The notes under the pieces are model-generated. The model saw nothing but the letters and a program-made list of their open reading frames with translations. It made no database searches and had not been told where the DNA came from. Positions 1 to 9,366 of a stretch of 54,775 bases of DNA are shown in pieces. Within the stretch, counting starts at the first letter, position 1. Every line of letters begins with the position of its first letter. Origin of the DNA: Candidatus Heimdallarchaeota archaeon (GTDB taxonomy: Archaea > Asgardarchaeota > Wukongarchaeia > Wukongarchaeales > JBHIFL01); NCBI GenBank assembly GCA_046761065.1, contig JBHIFL010000019.1, forward strand, positions 1-54,775, read 5' to 3'. A program made the translations under genes and the position numbers.

Positions 1-108
1 GCCCCGGCGGCAGTGGCGGCGGAAGAAGAAGTGGCCGGAGAACCCCCGGCGGAGGCCCCGGCGGCAGTGGCGGCGGAAGAAGAAGTGGCCGGAGAACCCC
101 CGGCGGAG
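1..108 (+). repeat. Perfect 54-bp tandem repeat x2 (encodes APAAVAAEEEVAGEPPAE)
   Basis: 1-54 is identical to 55-108. Very GC-rich compared with the rest of the window; may continue past the left edge. Confidence 0.95.
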
Positions 109-234
109 GAAAACAAGAAGAAGAGAGAAGGAGAAAGGAGAAAAGAAGAGATTGCGGGAAAGGATGCCGGAGGAAAACAAGAGGAGAGTAAGGATGTAGA
201 GAAGTCATCGGATGCTCCTCCGGAAGAAAAATGA
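1..234 (+). CDS. 3' end (acidic low-complexity tail) of the upstream gene, most likely ribosomal protein uS3; partial
   Basis: Open frame from the window edge, rich in E/A/P/K. It lies directly upstream of uL29, where uS3 sits in the S10 operon. Identity is positional only. Confidence 0.6.
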   Translation, partial: APAAVAAEEEVAGEPPAEAPAAVAAEEEVAGEPPAEENKKKREGERRKEEIAGKDAGGKQEESKDVEKSSDAPPEEK

Positions 235-250
235 AAAGAGGCAATGCAAG

Positions 251-463
251 ATGGTGCTCCATCCAGAAGAAATTCGGAAGATGTCTGTGGACGAAAGAAT
301 GAAGCAATTAAGCGAACTCCGAGCAGAATTGTTACGTATCCAAGGCAGTATAGGAATGGCGGGAACCCCTGAGAATCCAGGTAAGATCCGATTCATTAGG
401 AAATCAATCGCGAGGATATTAACTGTAAACCGGGAGGAAGAATTGGGCCTAGAACGGAAGTAA
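251..463 (+). CDS. rpl29: 50S ribosomal protein uL29
   Basis: EIRKMS..ELRAEL..ENPGKIRFIRKSIARILTV motif; ATG at 251 preferred over the ORF-track start. Confidence 0.95.
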   Translation: MVLHPEEIRKMSVDERMKQLSELRAELLRIQGSIGMAGTPENPGKIRFIRKSIARILTVNREEELGLERK

Positions 464-537
464 TGAGAGATTATACTATCACGTATAGAAAAGAACGTGG
501 CGGGGAGTTAAAAATCCACTTTGTAGAGAGAGAGGAC

Positions 538-813
538 GTGCGTACCTCAAAGAACTTAATCAGACACGAGTTAATAGGATTAGAGGTTAAGATCATTCTG
601 TCGCCACGAACTACAGAAATTGGCCTACAGGGGATCGTCGTTAATGAAACTAAAAATACATTGACAATTCAAACCACCCGTAAAATCGTGATTGAGAAGA
701 AAAGCCGCACATTTCGATTTAAAGTGGGACAAAACAAGTTAACCATAGAAGGCACGGGCTTGATAGGTCGCCCTGAAGACCGATTAAAAATAAAAATATG
801 GAAAAGTAGGTAA
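538..813 (+). CDS. rnp1: Ribonuclease P protein component 1 (Rpp29/Pop4)
   Basis: NLIRHELIGLEVKI..GIVVNETKNTL..GRPEDRL. GTG at 538 follows GAGG; alternative start 463. Confidence 0.92.
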   Translation: MRTSKNLIRHELIGLEVKIILSPRTTEIGLQGIVVNETKNTLTIQTTRKIVIEKKSRTFRFKVGQNKLTIEGTGLIGRPEDRLKIKIWKSR

Positions 814-1337
814 GTGAACACCTTCCCTCTTTTCCAGAGATCTTCTTGCGAGACATTCAATAAAATCTGTTCGATGTGAAAAAAGCTTGATTTCCAATTT
901 AAGGCAACGATTATCCTGGGGAGGTCTATTTCAGAGACTTTACTTAAGTAAAGAGGAGCCAAGAAGTTCTATGCATCCGAGTGGCTAGATACGAAAACTA
1001 CAGTATTCGAATTGTAGTGATAGTTAGACTTGATTTATATAGGCAAATATTAGCAAAAGAAAGAAATGAAATGCATAAATGGGTGTTTAATCAGACCTGT
1101 TTGGGATCCCATAACCCCATTGACTTTACCGATATAGGATCTCGTTCTCTCGAGGAAAGGTGCAACATACCATAACTTATAAACCACTAATATACTGAAA
1201 AGAAAGAAAGGAAGTAATCCAGCCCTTACTTGAAAAAAGGAGATTGTTTTAGACTTTCTTTAACAAACACAATCTTCTATAGGTAGTAGTGCAGCTGTAG
1301 AGTTAGGAACATTCAATTTAATAACCCGGTGTAAAAA

Positions 1338-1679
1338 ATGATGAAAGGACCCAGGGATATAGGGCTTGAGACGGTTATGCCGCCCCAAACATGTACAGAT
1401 AACTTATGCCCTTACCATGGCAAGTTGGCAGTACGTGGCAAGGTTTTGGAGGGAGTAGTGGTCAGTCACCGAATGCAACGAACCGTAACTGTTCAGCGGG
1501 AATATTTATTATTTCAAAAGAAATACAAGCGGTATGAAAAAAGACGAAGTAAAATCAAAGCCCATAATCCCCCATGTATAAATGTGATCCGAGGAGATAG
1601 AGTACGTATTGCGGAATGCCGTCCCCTCAGTAAAACTATAACATTTGTAGTGATTGCAAAACTAGAGGAAGAAGAATGA
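1338..1679 (+). CDS. rps17: 30S ribosomal protein uS17
   Basis: [38 protein letters not shown]. Confidence 0.97.
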   Translation: MMKGPRDIGLETVMPPQTCTDNLCPYHGKLAVRGKVLEGVVVSHRMQRTVTVQREYLLFQKKYKRYEKRRSKIKAHNPPCINVIRGDRVRIAECRPLSKTITFVVIAKLEEEE

Positions 1680-2092
1680 GTGAAAAATTGCATTTAGGAG
1701 GCCCACTGCCCCGTTTGAGCAGAGGATTACCAGTTGGGGCGGAGATTAAATGTGCTGATAATACCGGAGCGAGGATTCTAGAGATTATCGCGGTAAAGGG
1801 AATAAAAACTCGACTAAGGCGGTTACCGGCCGCCACTGTGGGAGATATGGTAATTGTCTCTGTTAAAAAAGGAAGTCCCAAATTGCGACGACAAATCTTA
1901 CCAGCTATAGTTGTACGCCAGAAGAAACCCTTTCGTCGAGTAGATGGGACATGGATCCAATTTGAAGAGAGTGCGGCTATTCTAGCCACTCCTAGAGGTG
2001 AACCCCGGGGTTCTGAGGTTCGAGGACCCGTAGCGAAGGAGGCAGCCGAGCGATGGCCACGCGTCGCCAGTGCGGCAACAATCATTGTGTAA
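1676..2092 (+). CDS. rpl14: 50S ribosomal protein uL14
   Basis: [37 protein letters not shown]. Confidence 0.97.
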   Translation: MSEKLHLGGPLPRLSRGLPVGAEIKCADNTGARILEIIAVKGIKTRLRRLPAATVGDMVIVSVKKGSPKLRRQILPAIVVRQKKPFRRVDGTWIQFEESAAILATPRGEPRGSEVRGPVAKEAAERWPRVASAATIIV

Positions 2093-2111
2093 TTATAAAC
2101 AAAGAGGAAAA

Positions 2112-2510
2112 ATGATGAAAGCATCAAAACAACCAAGAAAACAGAGACGGACCTTACGGGATATGCCACTCCATCGACGGAGGCGGCGGATGTCAGCTCG
2201 ACTTACGCGTGAACTACAGCTAAAACACAGAAGAAAGCGGGTGGGCGTGATCAAAGGTGATAGCGTACGAGTGATACGAGGAGAATTTAAAGGAGTGGAA
2301 GGCGAAGTGACCACAATTAACACTAAAACTGAACGGTTATTTATAGATGGGGTGACTCGTGAGAAAGCAGATGGGTCAACCATGTATTATCCGATCCATC
2401 CCTCAAAAGTGGAACTTACGAAGCTGCAGGAAAAAGACCCTTGGCGGAGTAAAATATTAGGACCCAGGCGACAAATTGAAGCTACTAAGGCAAAAGAGCG
2501 TGAAAACTAG
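2112..2510 (+). CDS. rpl24: 50S ribosomal protein uL24
   Basis: SKQPRKQRR..PLHRR..GDSVRVIRGEFKG..PIHPSKV. Confidence 0.96.
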   Translation: MMKASKQPRKQRRTLRDMPLHRRRRRMSARLTRELQLKHRRKRVGVIKGDSVRVIRGEFKGVEGEVTTINTKTERLFIDGVTREKADGSTMYYPIHPSKVELTKLQEKDPWRSKILGPRRQIEATKAKEREN

Positions 2511-2521
2511 GAGGAAGCAAA

Positions 2522-3265
2522 ATGGGAAGAAAGGGGGCAAAAAAACACCTAAAACGACTGCCTGCGCCCAAAACATTTCGCATCCCCAGAAAACAAGCTA
2601 AATTTACAGGGCGCCCCGCCCCAGGTCCACATCGGTTGAATGAATGTATTCCACTGTTTATTGTGATTCGTGATCTCCTAAGGTGGGCGAATACTGGAAA
2701 AGAAGCGAAGAAGATCATAACAGCTGGGAAGTGCAAGATTGATGGGCGGGTCATCCGAAATTATCGGTTTCCAGTGGGATTGATGGATATTTTAACTATC
2801 CCAAGTGTAGATGAACGGTTTCGAATCCTTCCGTATACAGGACCTCCTCTAGTTTTACACCCTATTTCAGAAGAAGAAGCCAATATAAAGCTAACAAAAA
2901 TTATTCGCAAGACAAAAGTCAAGGGCGGTGAAATCCAGCTTAATCTACATGATGGACGAAACAAGCTGTTCCTGGAAGAGGAATTTGAAGCCTTGGATCT
3001 GGAACTTTGTACTATAGGGAGTACTTTAAGATTGACTGTGCCCGAACAGCAAATTCAAGACCTTATCCCTCTCGAATCAGGGGTTAGTGCCCTTGTGACA
3101 GCAGGCAAGAATATTGGACTCCAAGGACGGATTCTTGAACTCGAAAGAAAAATGGGAAAAGGTACTGCAATTCTTCAAGCCACACAGGAGAAAATCTTTC
3201 GCACCGCTTTGGAATTTATCTTTGTTGTAGGACGAAACAACCCAGTGATTTCCCTTCCAACCTGA
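2522..3265 (+). CDS. rps4e: 30S ribosomal protein eS4
   Basis: KHLKRLPAP..PGPH..FPVGLMD..LHDGRN. Confidence 0.97.
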   Translation: MGRKGAKKHLKRLPAPKTFRIPRKQAKFTGRPAPGPHRLNECIPLFIVIRDLLRWANTGKEAKKIITAGKCKIDGRVIRNYRFPVGLMDILTIPSVDERFRILPYTGPPLVLHPISEEEANIKLTKIIRKTKVKGGEIQLNLHDGRNKLFLEEEFEALDLELCTIGSTLRLTVPEQQIQDLIPLESGVSALVTAGKNIGLQGRILELERKMGKGTAILQATQEKIFRTALEFIFVVGRNNPVISLPT

Positions 3266-3531
3266 AAACCTGAAAAACGCGCCAAAAAAATGGAAAAAAA
3301 GGAATATCTAGAGATAACAGGGTATATAGAAAGTATTTATGTCCTCTAACATTTAACCCTTCCCGGTTCAATTATGTAAAAAAGGTCTTCTTATTTTTGA
3401 GAGAAAATAAGTAAACAATAGATTGTATTTGGAGACAACGGAACAATCAAAAGAAATTATGATGACTATATTTGAATCTACCTAGAACCAATCAGCCCTT
3501 TAATAAATTAATCAATAAGAAGGAAGCCTCA

Positions 3532-4113
3532 ATGAGTATACTTGAGAACAAGGAAGACAGTACAGGGGGAATTGTAAAGTATTTCCCCACCCCAGAAGAA
3601 TACGGGGGAAATCAAATGCGAATTCCAAAAGTTGAGAAAGTCATTGTGAATTTTGCAGTAGGACAATCAGGAATTCCATTGGAAAAGGCCAAAAAAGTAT
3701 GTGAACAGCTTACGCAACAAAAACCAGTGGAGAGTAAAGCCAAACAAACCATTCGGGAGTTTGGAATTAGAAAAGGAGAACCAATTGCATGCAAAACAAC
3801 CCTTCGTGGGCACCAGGCAGAAGTATTTTTAGAGAAAGCTCTGCAAGCGAAAGATAAGACATTGAGCAAAAAAAATTTTGATATCTATGGAAACTTCTCT
3901 TTTGGAATAAAAGAACATATTAATTTACCAGGAACACGTTATGATCCCGATATAGGGGTATTAGGATTTGAAGTATGTGTCACTATGGAACGATCAGGAT
4001 ACCGTATTAAGAGAAGACGACATCAGCCAAAAAAGATCCCAACAACTCATAAACTGACCAAAGAAGAAGTTATTAGGTTTATTACAAAAAAATACGATAT
4101 AACGCTTGAATAA
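3532..4113 (+). CDS. rpl5: 50S ribosomal protein uL5
   Basis: MRIPKVEKVIVN..FGIRKGEPIACKTTLRG..GNFSFGIKEHI..YDPDIG. Confidence 0.96.
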   Translation: MSILENKEDSTGGIVKYFPTPEEYGGNQMRIPKVEKVIVNFAVGQSGIPLEKAKKVCEQLTQQKPVESKAKQTIREFGIRKGEPIACKTTLRGHQAEVFLEKALQAKDKTLSKKNFDIYGNFSFGIKEHINLPGTRYDPDIGVLGFEVCVTMERSGYRIKRRRHQPKKIPTTHKLTKEEVIRFITKKYDITLE

Positions 4114-4124
4114 AAGGTGATTAA

Positions 4125-4280
4125 GTGGGAGAATCACAAAGACAAGCCTATGGAAAGGGTAATCGGGCTTGTCGAAGATGTGGTACAACTCGTGGCCTAA
4201 TTAGACGGTATGGATTAAATGTTTGTAGGCGATGCTTCAGAGAAATCGCCAGAAAACTCGGTTTTACAAAATTTGACTGA
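4125..4280 (+). CDS. rps14: 30S ribosomal protein uS14 (Zn-binding; not in ORF track)
   Basis: Manual translation from GTG after GGTGA: [51 protein letters not shown]. Confidence 0.95.
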   Translation: MGESQRQAYGKGNRACRRCGTTRGLIRRYGLNVCRRCFREIARKLGFTKFD

Positions 4281-4396
4281 ATAGCTGATCGCATATATGT
4301 CCCCCAAAACCTGAGAATCTTGAAGTAACCAGAGAAATCAGTCAAATAGAAGGAGGTTTATGCTAAAAAGCCCTTTCATGATAAGAGGTGTGTAGC

Positions 4397-4789
4397 TTGA
4401 CAATAATCGATCCCTTGGCGAATGCCTTAACAACTATAAAGAACAATGAGATTTTAGGTAAAAAGGAATGCTTGATCCGCCCCGCCTCGAAACTCATTGC
4501 GAACGTATTACGTGTGATGCAACAATATGGAGTCATCGGTGAATTTGAATTCATCGATGATGGGAGGGCAGGCATTTTCAATGTCCAACTCCTTGGCCGA
4601 ATCAATAAGGCCGGGGTGATTCGCCCCCGTTTTCCTGCGTCCCGAAAAACCCTGGAACAATGGGAAAAAGTCTATCTCCCAGCTCGAGATTTCGGAATTC
4701 TTATATTAACCACCTCTCAAGGTATTATGACTCATGATGACGCGCGATCGAAAGGAATTGGAGGACGTCTTCTTGCGTATATCTATTAG
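4397..4789 (+). CDS. rps8: 30S ribosomal protein uS8
   Basis: [33 protein letters not shown]; TTG start after GAGGTG. Confidence 0.96.
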   Translation: MTIIDPLANALTTIKNNEILGKKECLIRPASKLIANVLRVMQQYGVIGEFEFIDDGRAGIFNVQLLGRINKAGVIRPRFPASRKTLEQWEKVYLPARDFGILILTTSQGIMTHDDARSKGIGGRLLAYIY

Positions 4790-4811
4790 GAGCAAAGGAG
4801 CATAAAGCAAA

Positions 4812-5366
4812 ATGGTATCCCAAATTATTGAAGAACGGATTCTTGAAATCCCCAAGGATGTTGAGGTCTCCTTGGAAGGGAGACAAATCTCGGTAAAAGG
4901 GCCAAAAGGGGAGGTTACCCGAGATTTTTCCTATGCCAGAAGACTTTTCATCCAAAAAAAAGACGAAGAAATAAGGGTTCACGCAAATTTCCCACAAAAA
5001 ACCACCAAAGCCTTAGTAGGAACGATATCATCCCATATCGCAAATATGATCCATGGGGTCACAAGAGGGTTCACTTATAAACTGAAAATCGTATCCAGCC
5101 ACTTTCCAATCTTTGTGGATGTTAAAAGGGATACCGTGACAATCCAAAATTACTTGGGGGAAAAGGCGGCCCGATTTGCGAAGATAGTAGGAAATACGCA
5201 AGTAAGGGTTGAAGAAGACAATATAATTGTTGAAGGCCCAGACATCGAAAAAGTCGCGCAAACGGCAGCTAATATCCAAGAAATTCCAAGACTACGAGGA
5301 AAGCGGAGAAAGGACACACGAGTCTTTCTCGATGGGATCTATATTTACGACCGGGAAAAAAGATGA
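4812..5366 (+). CDS. rpl6: 50S ribosomal protein uL6
   Basis: VKGPKGE..HIANMIHGVTRGF..HFPI..QTAANI..RVFLDGIYI. Confidence 0.96.
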   Translation: MVSQIIEERILEIPKDVEVSLEGRQISVKGPKGEVTRDFSYARRLFIQKKDEEIRVHANFPQKTTKALVGTISSHIANMIHGVTRGFTYKLKIVSSHFPIFVDVKRDTVTIQNYLGEKAARFAKIVGNTQVRVEEDNIIVEGPDIEKVAQTAANIQEIPRLRGKRRKDTRVFLDGIYIYDREKR

Positions 5367-5382
5367 ACAGTGAGAGAGAATA

Positions 5383-5886
5383 ATGAAGAATAAACGGACC
5401 ATCCGAACAACGAGAACTCAGCGAAAGAAACCAAAGTTTCAACGTCCAGATAGTTGGAAGCTCCAGCGGCTTAAAGCCAGTTGGCGTCGCCCACAAGGAA
5501 TTGATAACAAGATTAGGAAACAAAAGAAGGGATATCCACCAAAAGTAAAATCCGGCTATCGAAGTCCATCTAGGAGTAGGAACCTGCACCCTTCGGGTTT
5601 TGCGGAGGTTCTCATCTATTCCCCTCAAGAATTAGCCCTTATTGACCGAAAAAAGCAAATAGTCAGTATTGCCAGCACGATAGGAGCTCGAAAGAAAACA
5701 AAAATTCTAGAAAGAGCGAGAGAATGGGCAATTAGGATTACCAACCCAGGAATGGGCCCAAGAGCTCTCGAAGAGGAATTAGAGCTGGAATTTAGCGAAG
5801 AAGAGTTAGAAGCCCTCGAAGAGTTGGAGGCTCTCGAAGAGAGCGAAGAAGATGTTAAAGCACGGGAAGAAGAACAAGAAGAATAA
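5383..5886 (+). CDS. rpl32e: 50S ribosomal protein eL32 with acidic C-terminal extension
   Basis: KPKFQR..WRRPQGIDNKIR..GYRSP..LHPSG. Confidence 0.95.
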   Translation: MKNKRTIRTTRTQRKKPKFQRPDSWKLQRLKASWRRPQGIDNKIRKQKKGYPPKVKSGYRSPSRSRNLHPSGFAEVLIYSPQELALIDRKKQIVSIASTIGARKKTKILERAREWAIRITNPGMGPRALEEELELEFSEEELEALEELEALEESEEDVKAREEEQEE

Positions 5887-5906
5887 TTAAAAGTTTGGTG
5901 AGTGAA

Positions 5907-6362
5907 ATGGTTGATCTAAGGCCTCAACGACGAATCGCAGCAAGCATCATGAAAATTGGAGAACATCGGGTTCAAATAGACCCGGAGCTCATATGGGATG
6001 TGGAACTTGCCCTCACTCGGGAGGACATAAAAAAACTTATTGCAGATGGAGTCATCCGCGCAAAACCAAAAAAAGGTATAAGCCGTGCTAGAGCCAAAAA
6101 AATGATGTTACAAAGGTGGAAAGGACGAAGAAGGGGGCAAGGGAAAAAAAAAGGGAAGAAAACCGCAAGACGTCCAAGAAAACAGATGTGGATTGACAAA
6201 GTTCGCCCATTAAGAAGATATCTCAAAGGGTTAAGAAATGAGGGGCTAATTGATCGCCGAGCCTATCGACAGTTTTATTTGCGAGTAAAAGGGAACAGCT
6301 ACCGAAACTTAAGACACCTAAAACTTGTCTTGAATGAGGCAGGCGTTCTGAAAAGGAAGTAA
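5907..6362 (+). CDS. rpl19e: 50S ribosomal protein eL19
   Basis: LRPQRRIAA..TREDIKKLI..GRRRGQGKKKGKKTAR. Confidence 0.96.
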   Translation: MVDLRPQRRIAASIMKIGEHRVQIDPELIWDVELALTREDIKKLIADGVIRAKPKKGISRARAKKMMLQRWKGRRRGQGKKKGKKTARRPRKQMWIDKVRPLRRYLKGLRNEGLIDRRAYRQFYLRVKGNSYRNLRHLKLVLNEAGVLKRK

Positions 6363-6373
6363 GAGGCGATAAA

Positions 6374-6988
6374 TTGCTGCGAATGGAAAAAATGGGGGCA
6401 CGATATCGAGTACAATTCAGGAGAAAGCGTGAGAATAAAACTAACTACTATTTACGCAGAAAGTTGTTAGAATCGAGAGAGCCCCGACTTATTATCCGAA
6501 GGAGTAACAAACATATGACAATACAAGTAACTACGGCACATCCTGAAGGAGATCAGACCGTTGTGGCCGCAAATACCATCCAACTTGTTCGGGATTATGG
6601 CTGGAAAGCCGGAACATGCAATTTACCTGCAGCATACCTAATAGGGCTATTATTAGGACTCCGAGCTCAAAACAAAAATATCACCCGAGCGGTTCTTGAC
6701 ATTGGTTTTCACACCGTGATTTATGGGAGTCGAATTTTTGCGAGTTTAAAAGGAGTCGTGGATTCAGGGCTTCAGGTCCCCCATAATGAGATTGTGTTCC
6801 CAAGCGAAGAAAGAATCCGTGGAGAACACATTGCTAGATACTCAGAGTTATTACAAGCTTCTGAGGAAGAAGAAATGATAAAAAATAAACACCAGTTTTC
6901 AAATTATAAGGAAAGGGGATTAAGCCCTAAAAACGTGCCAAAACACTTTGAACAGACGAAAAAGAAGATATTAACCATGCAAAAGTAG
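6374..6988 (+). CDS. rpl18: 50S ribosomal protein uL18
   Basis: [36 protein letters not shown]. Confidence 0.96.
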   Translation: MLRMEKMGARYRVQFRRKRENKTNYYLRRKLLESREPRLIIRRSNKHMTIQVTTAHPEGDQTVVAANTIQLVRDYGWKAGTCNLPAAYLIGLLLGLRAQNKNITRAVLDIGFHTVIYGSRIFASLKGVVDSGLQVPHNEIVFPSEERIRGEHIARYSELLQASEEEEMIKNKHQFSNYKERGLSPKNVPKHFEQTKKKILTMQK

Positions 6989-7001
6989 TAGGAGAAATAA
7001 C

Positions 7002-7690
7002 ATGAGCTTTAGAAGACGAAAACCCCCGAGAATGCCAACTGAAAAAAAAGAATGGGTTCCAAAAACACGATTAGGACGTCTAGTGCAAGAGGGGGATATT
7101 AGTTCCATTGAAGAAATATTTCAACACCACTATCGGATTGCAGAACCCGAAATCGTCGATACGCTGATGCCAAACCTAGAAGAAGAAGTGGTTAACATCA
7201 GCCTTGTGCAGAGAAGCTGTTATGCCTGATTGACAACCAGCTCTGTAAACAAACTGACGCGGGACGAAAGTCGCGATTTAAATCCGTCGTGGTGGTTGGA
7301 AACCGTGATGGATATGTTGGTGTAGCCGAAGGCAAAGCCAAAGAAGTTGGCCCCGCCATCCGAATCGGCATCGCTCGAGCTAAGACGCAACTGACCCCCA
7401 TTCGGAGAGGGTGTGGAAGTTGGGAATGTTCATGTCATGAACTGCATTCCGTACCATTTAAGGTAACTGGGAGATGTGGTAGTACACGAGTTAAAATAAT
7501 CCCTGCCCCAAAAGGGTTAGGTCTGGTCATTGGGGAAAATGCAAAAGCGGTTCTACGTCTGGCGGGAATTGAAGATGCTTGGACTCAAACCTTTGGTGAA
7601 ACCCGGACAACAACCAATTACGTTAAGGCCACAGTTGATGCTTTAAAACAAACATATCGAGTTGTGCATCCAAGGGATTGGATTCGATAG
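7002..7690 (+). CDS. rps5: 30S ribosomal protein uS5, interrupted by a 35-nt BHB-type intron (exons 7002-7213 and 7249-7690; 217 aa after splicing)
   Basis: N-half [20 protein letters not shown] and C-half [27 protein letters not shown] lie in different frames. Removing 7214-7248 gives VQRQTDAG in frame. Confidence 0.9.
7214..7248 (+). other. Predicted archaeal BHB/BHL intron in uS5 mRNA
   Basis: Central helix GCAG(7208-11)/CTGT(7243-46), 3-nt bulges AGA(7212-14) and AAA(7247-49), inner stem AGCTG/CAGCT, outer pairing TTG/CAA and TCAG/CTGA. Contains in-frame TGA at 7227. Confidence 0.85.
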
Positions 7691-7909
7691 ACCTTCCATA
7701 CCAGTTACAAAAATATCTAGTATTCTAGGAAAGACCACTTTCTTAAGAAAGTGGCTTTCATGAAATTCATTAACTCACTAGGTAATTTATACGATTTAAA
7801 CCCTGCCCAAATACATCCTAGTAAAAAAAAGGACAGTCAGAAATTTAAACGTAATAGAAACCTTCACCCTTCAATAATTTAAAGAAAGAAGCTCCCGAAG
7901 GTGAATTAA

Positions 7910-8410
7910 ATGCCAAAGACTAGTAAAAGAGAAACTCCAACCAACCTTCTTGCCGTGATCCGAGTCCGAGGTCGCGTAGATGTTCGACCGGAGGTAAAAC
8001 ATACCCTATCCCTACTTAGATTACACAAACCAAATCATTGTGTCCTTGTGAAAAATGAAACCCCGATACAGGGTATGTTGCAAGTTGCAAAGGATTGGAT
8101 CACTTGGGGAGAAATTAATAGAGACAATCTGGAAAAATTGCTGAAAAAACGGGCTTATCTATCGGAAGGTCAAAAAGGGTTATCAGAGGAGTACGTAAAA
8201 GAAAACACTTCTCATGAGAGTATGTCTGACTTAATCGAAGCGTTACTTGCAACCAAAAATACTATAAAAGAGATCAAAGGACTGAAGCCAGTCTTCAGGC
8301 TTAATCCCCCAAGAAAGGGGTATTCAGGAGTAAAAAACGCGTATACTAAAGGCGGAGCACTTGGATACCGGGGAAAGGCAATAAATGAGCTTCTTCGGCA
8401 AATGATTTGA
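7910..8410 (+). CDS. rpl30: 50S ribosomal protein uL30
   Basis: AVIRVRG..LRLHKPNHC..ITWGE..FRLNPPRKG..LGYRG. Confidence 0.96.
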   Translation: MPKTSKRETPTNLLAVIRVRGRVDVRPEVKHTLSLLRLHKPNHCVLVKNETPIQGMLQVAKDWITWGEINRDNLEKLLKKRAYLSEGQKGLSEEYVKENTSHESMSDLIEALLATKNTIKEIKGLKPVFRLNPPRKGYSGVKNAYTKGGALGYRGKAINELLRQMI

Positions 8411-8514
8411 AGTTTAAATAATAGAAATTAAGAAATGGATAATTCAAAACGTTTAGAACTGCTTAACACCTAATGCTCTTAACGTCTTTTAAATTTGATT
8501 TGTGTAAGAGGGTC

Positions 8515-8937
8515 CTAGGAGGATTTTTCTTTCAGAACCCGCTCATAAACTGTTTTTACCCGATCAGCAACAGGACCTGTTCCGTCTACTCCTTTTTCGG
8601 TTACTTTAACCCGCTCTAATACCATAATAATACCATTATCTAGATCGAGGCGAACCCCTCCTTTGGGAAATATCCGGGCAAGTTCATCAGCCAGACCCAC
8701 GAGATCAAAGGGTTCTTCCTCCAAAGCAATTTCAGATACTCTTGAACCTGAAATAAAGACTTTGTGGAACGTTTCATTCTTTGCCACTGCCTTATCAAGG
8801 CAAATACTTAATGTCCCAGGGTGATAACCTTGAAGACGTCCAATATATACTTTGTTCTCAGTGGATACCCTAACTAACTTCCCAATAAGCCGAGACAACT
8901 CTCGTTGAAATGCCCGCATAGCAGCACTTTCACTCAT
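8515..8937 (-). CDS. Sm-like (Lsm) protein with C-terminal domain (SmAP3-type)
   Basis: N-terminal Sm fold (LIGKLVRV..YIGRLQGY..KVFISGSRVSEI) plus Lsm_C-like tail (FDLVGLADELARIFP..VKVTEKGV). GGTGAGGAGG RBS before ATG at 8937. Confidence 0.85.
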   Translation of the reverse strand: MSESAAMRAFQRELSRLIGKLVRVSTENKVYIGRLQGYHPGTLSICLDKAVAKNETFHKVFISGSRVSEIALEEEPFDLVGLADELARIFPKGGVRLDLDNGIIMVLERVKVTEKGVDGTGPVADRVKTVYERVLKEKSS

Positions 8938-9366
8938 TAATTCAAGGAACCTCCTCACCGCCATATCTTGCCAAAAACCAATTTTAGGAACTAAATAGCG
9001 GCATCTATCTTTTATTGCCTCCAATTCTTATCAATTTTGTGGTAAGTAGTTGTCATTAATCCTTCACTAAAGTGGTTAGGGTTACACTTGCTTTTCCCTG
9101 ATAGATGTATCAAGGGGAGTGCATTAAATGAGTTAATGGCAGCCCAAGCCGCATTTTTTTACAGGGCTTATCTGATAAGTGTTGAAATGGGTCCAGGAAG
9201 GCCTATGAGAATTATTTCGCTCCGATGGAATGTGGTTCGCGAGGAAGTGATTCTCTTTATATATAAGGTACCAATACTTAGTGTTGTGCTTGCTTAATTG
9301 CTAGCTTTCGCTATGTGATTTCAAATGGCTCTTGAAACGATTTAACAATCGTAGTAAATCTCATCT

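Noticed and set aside
2955-3020. Possible in-frame intron in eS4 (extra residues FLEEEFEALDLEL)
   Set aside because: No convincing BHB, and this loop varies in length among archaeal eS4 proteins.
7209-7248. Alternative BHB register (CAGA/TCTG helix, 33-nt intron 7215-7247)
   Set aside because: It would leave the downstream exon out of frame; only the 35-nt register gives uS5.
7002-7690. uS5 as a pseudogene, sequencing frameshift or programmed ribosomal frameshift
   Set aside because: The break is a discrete 35-nt self-complementary insert rather than a 1-nt indel. Both halves are fully conserved, and BHB-rule excision restores the frame exactly.
9040-9300. Possible ncRNA upstream of the Lsm gene
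   Set aside because: It has some GC-richer patches and a TATA-like element, but no recognisable SRP, RNase P, 5S or C/D-box pattern that I can support.
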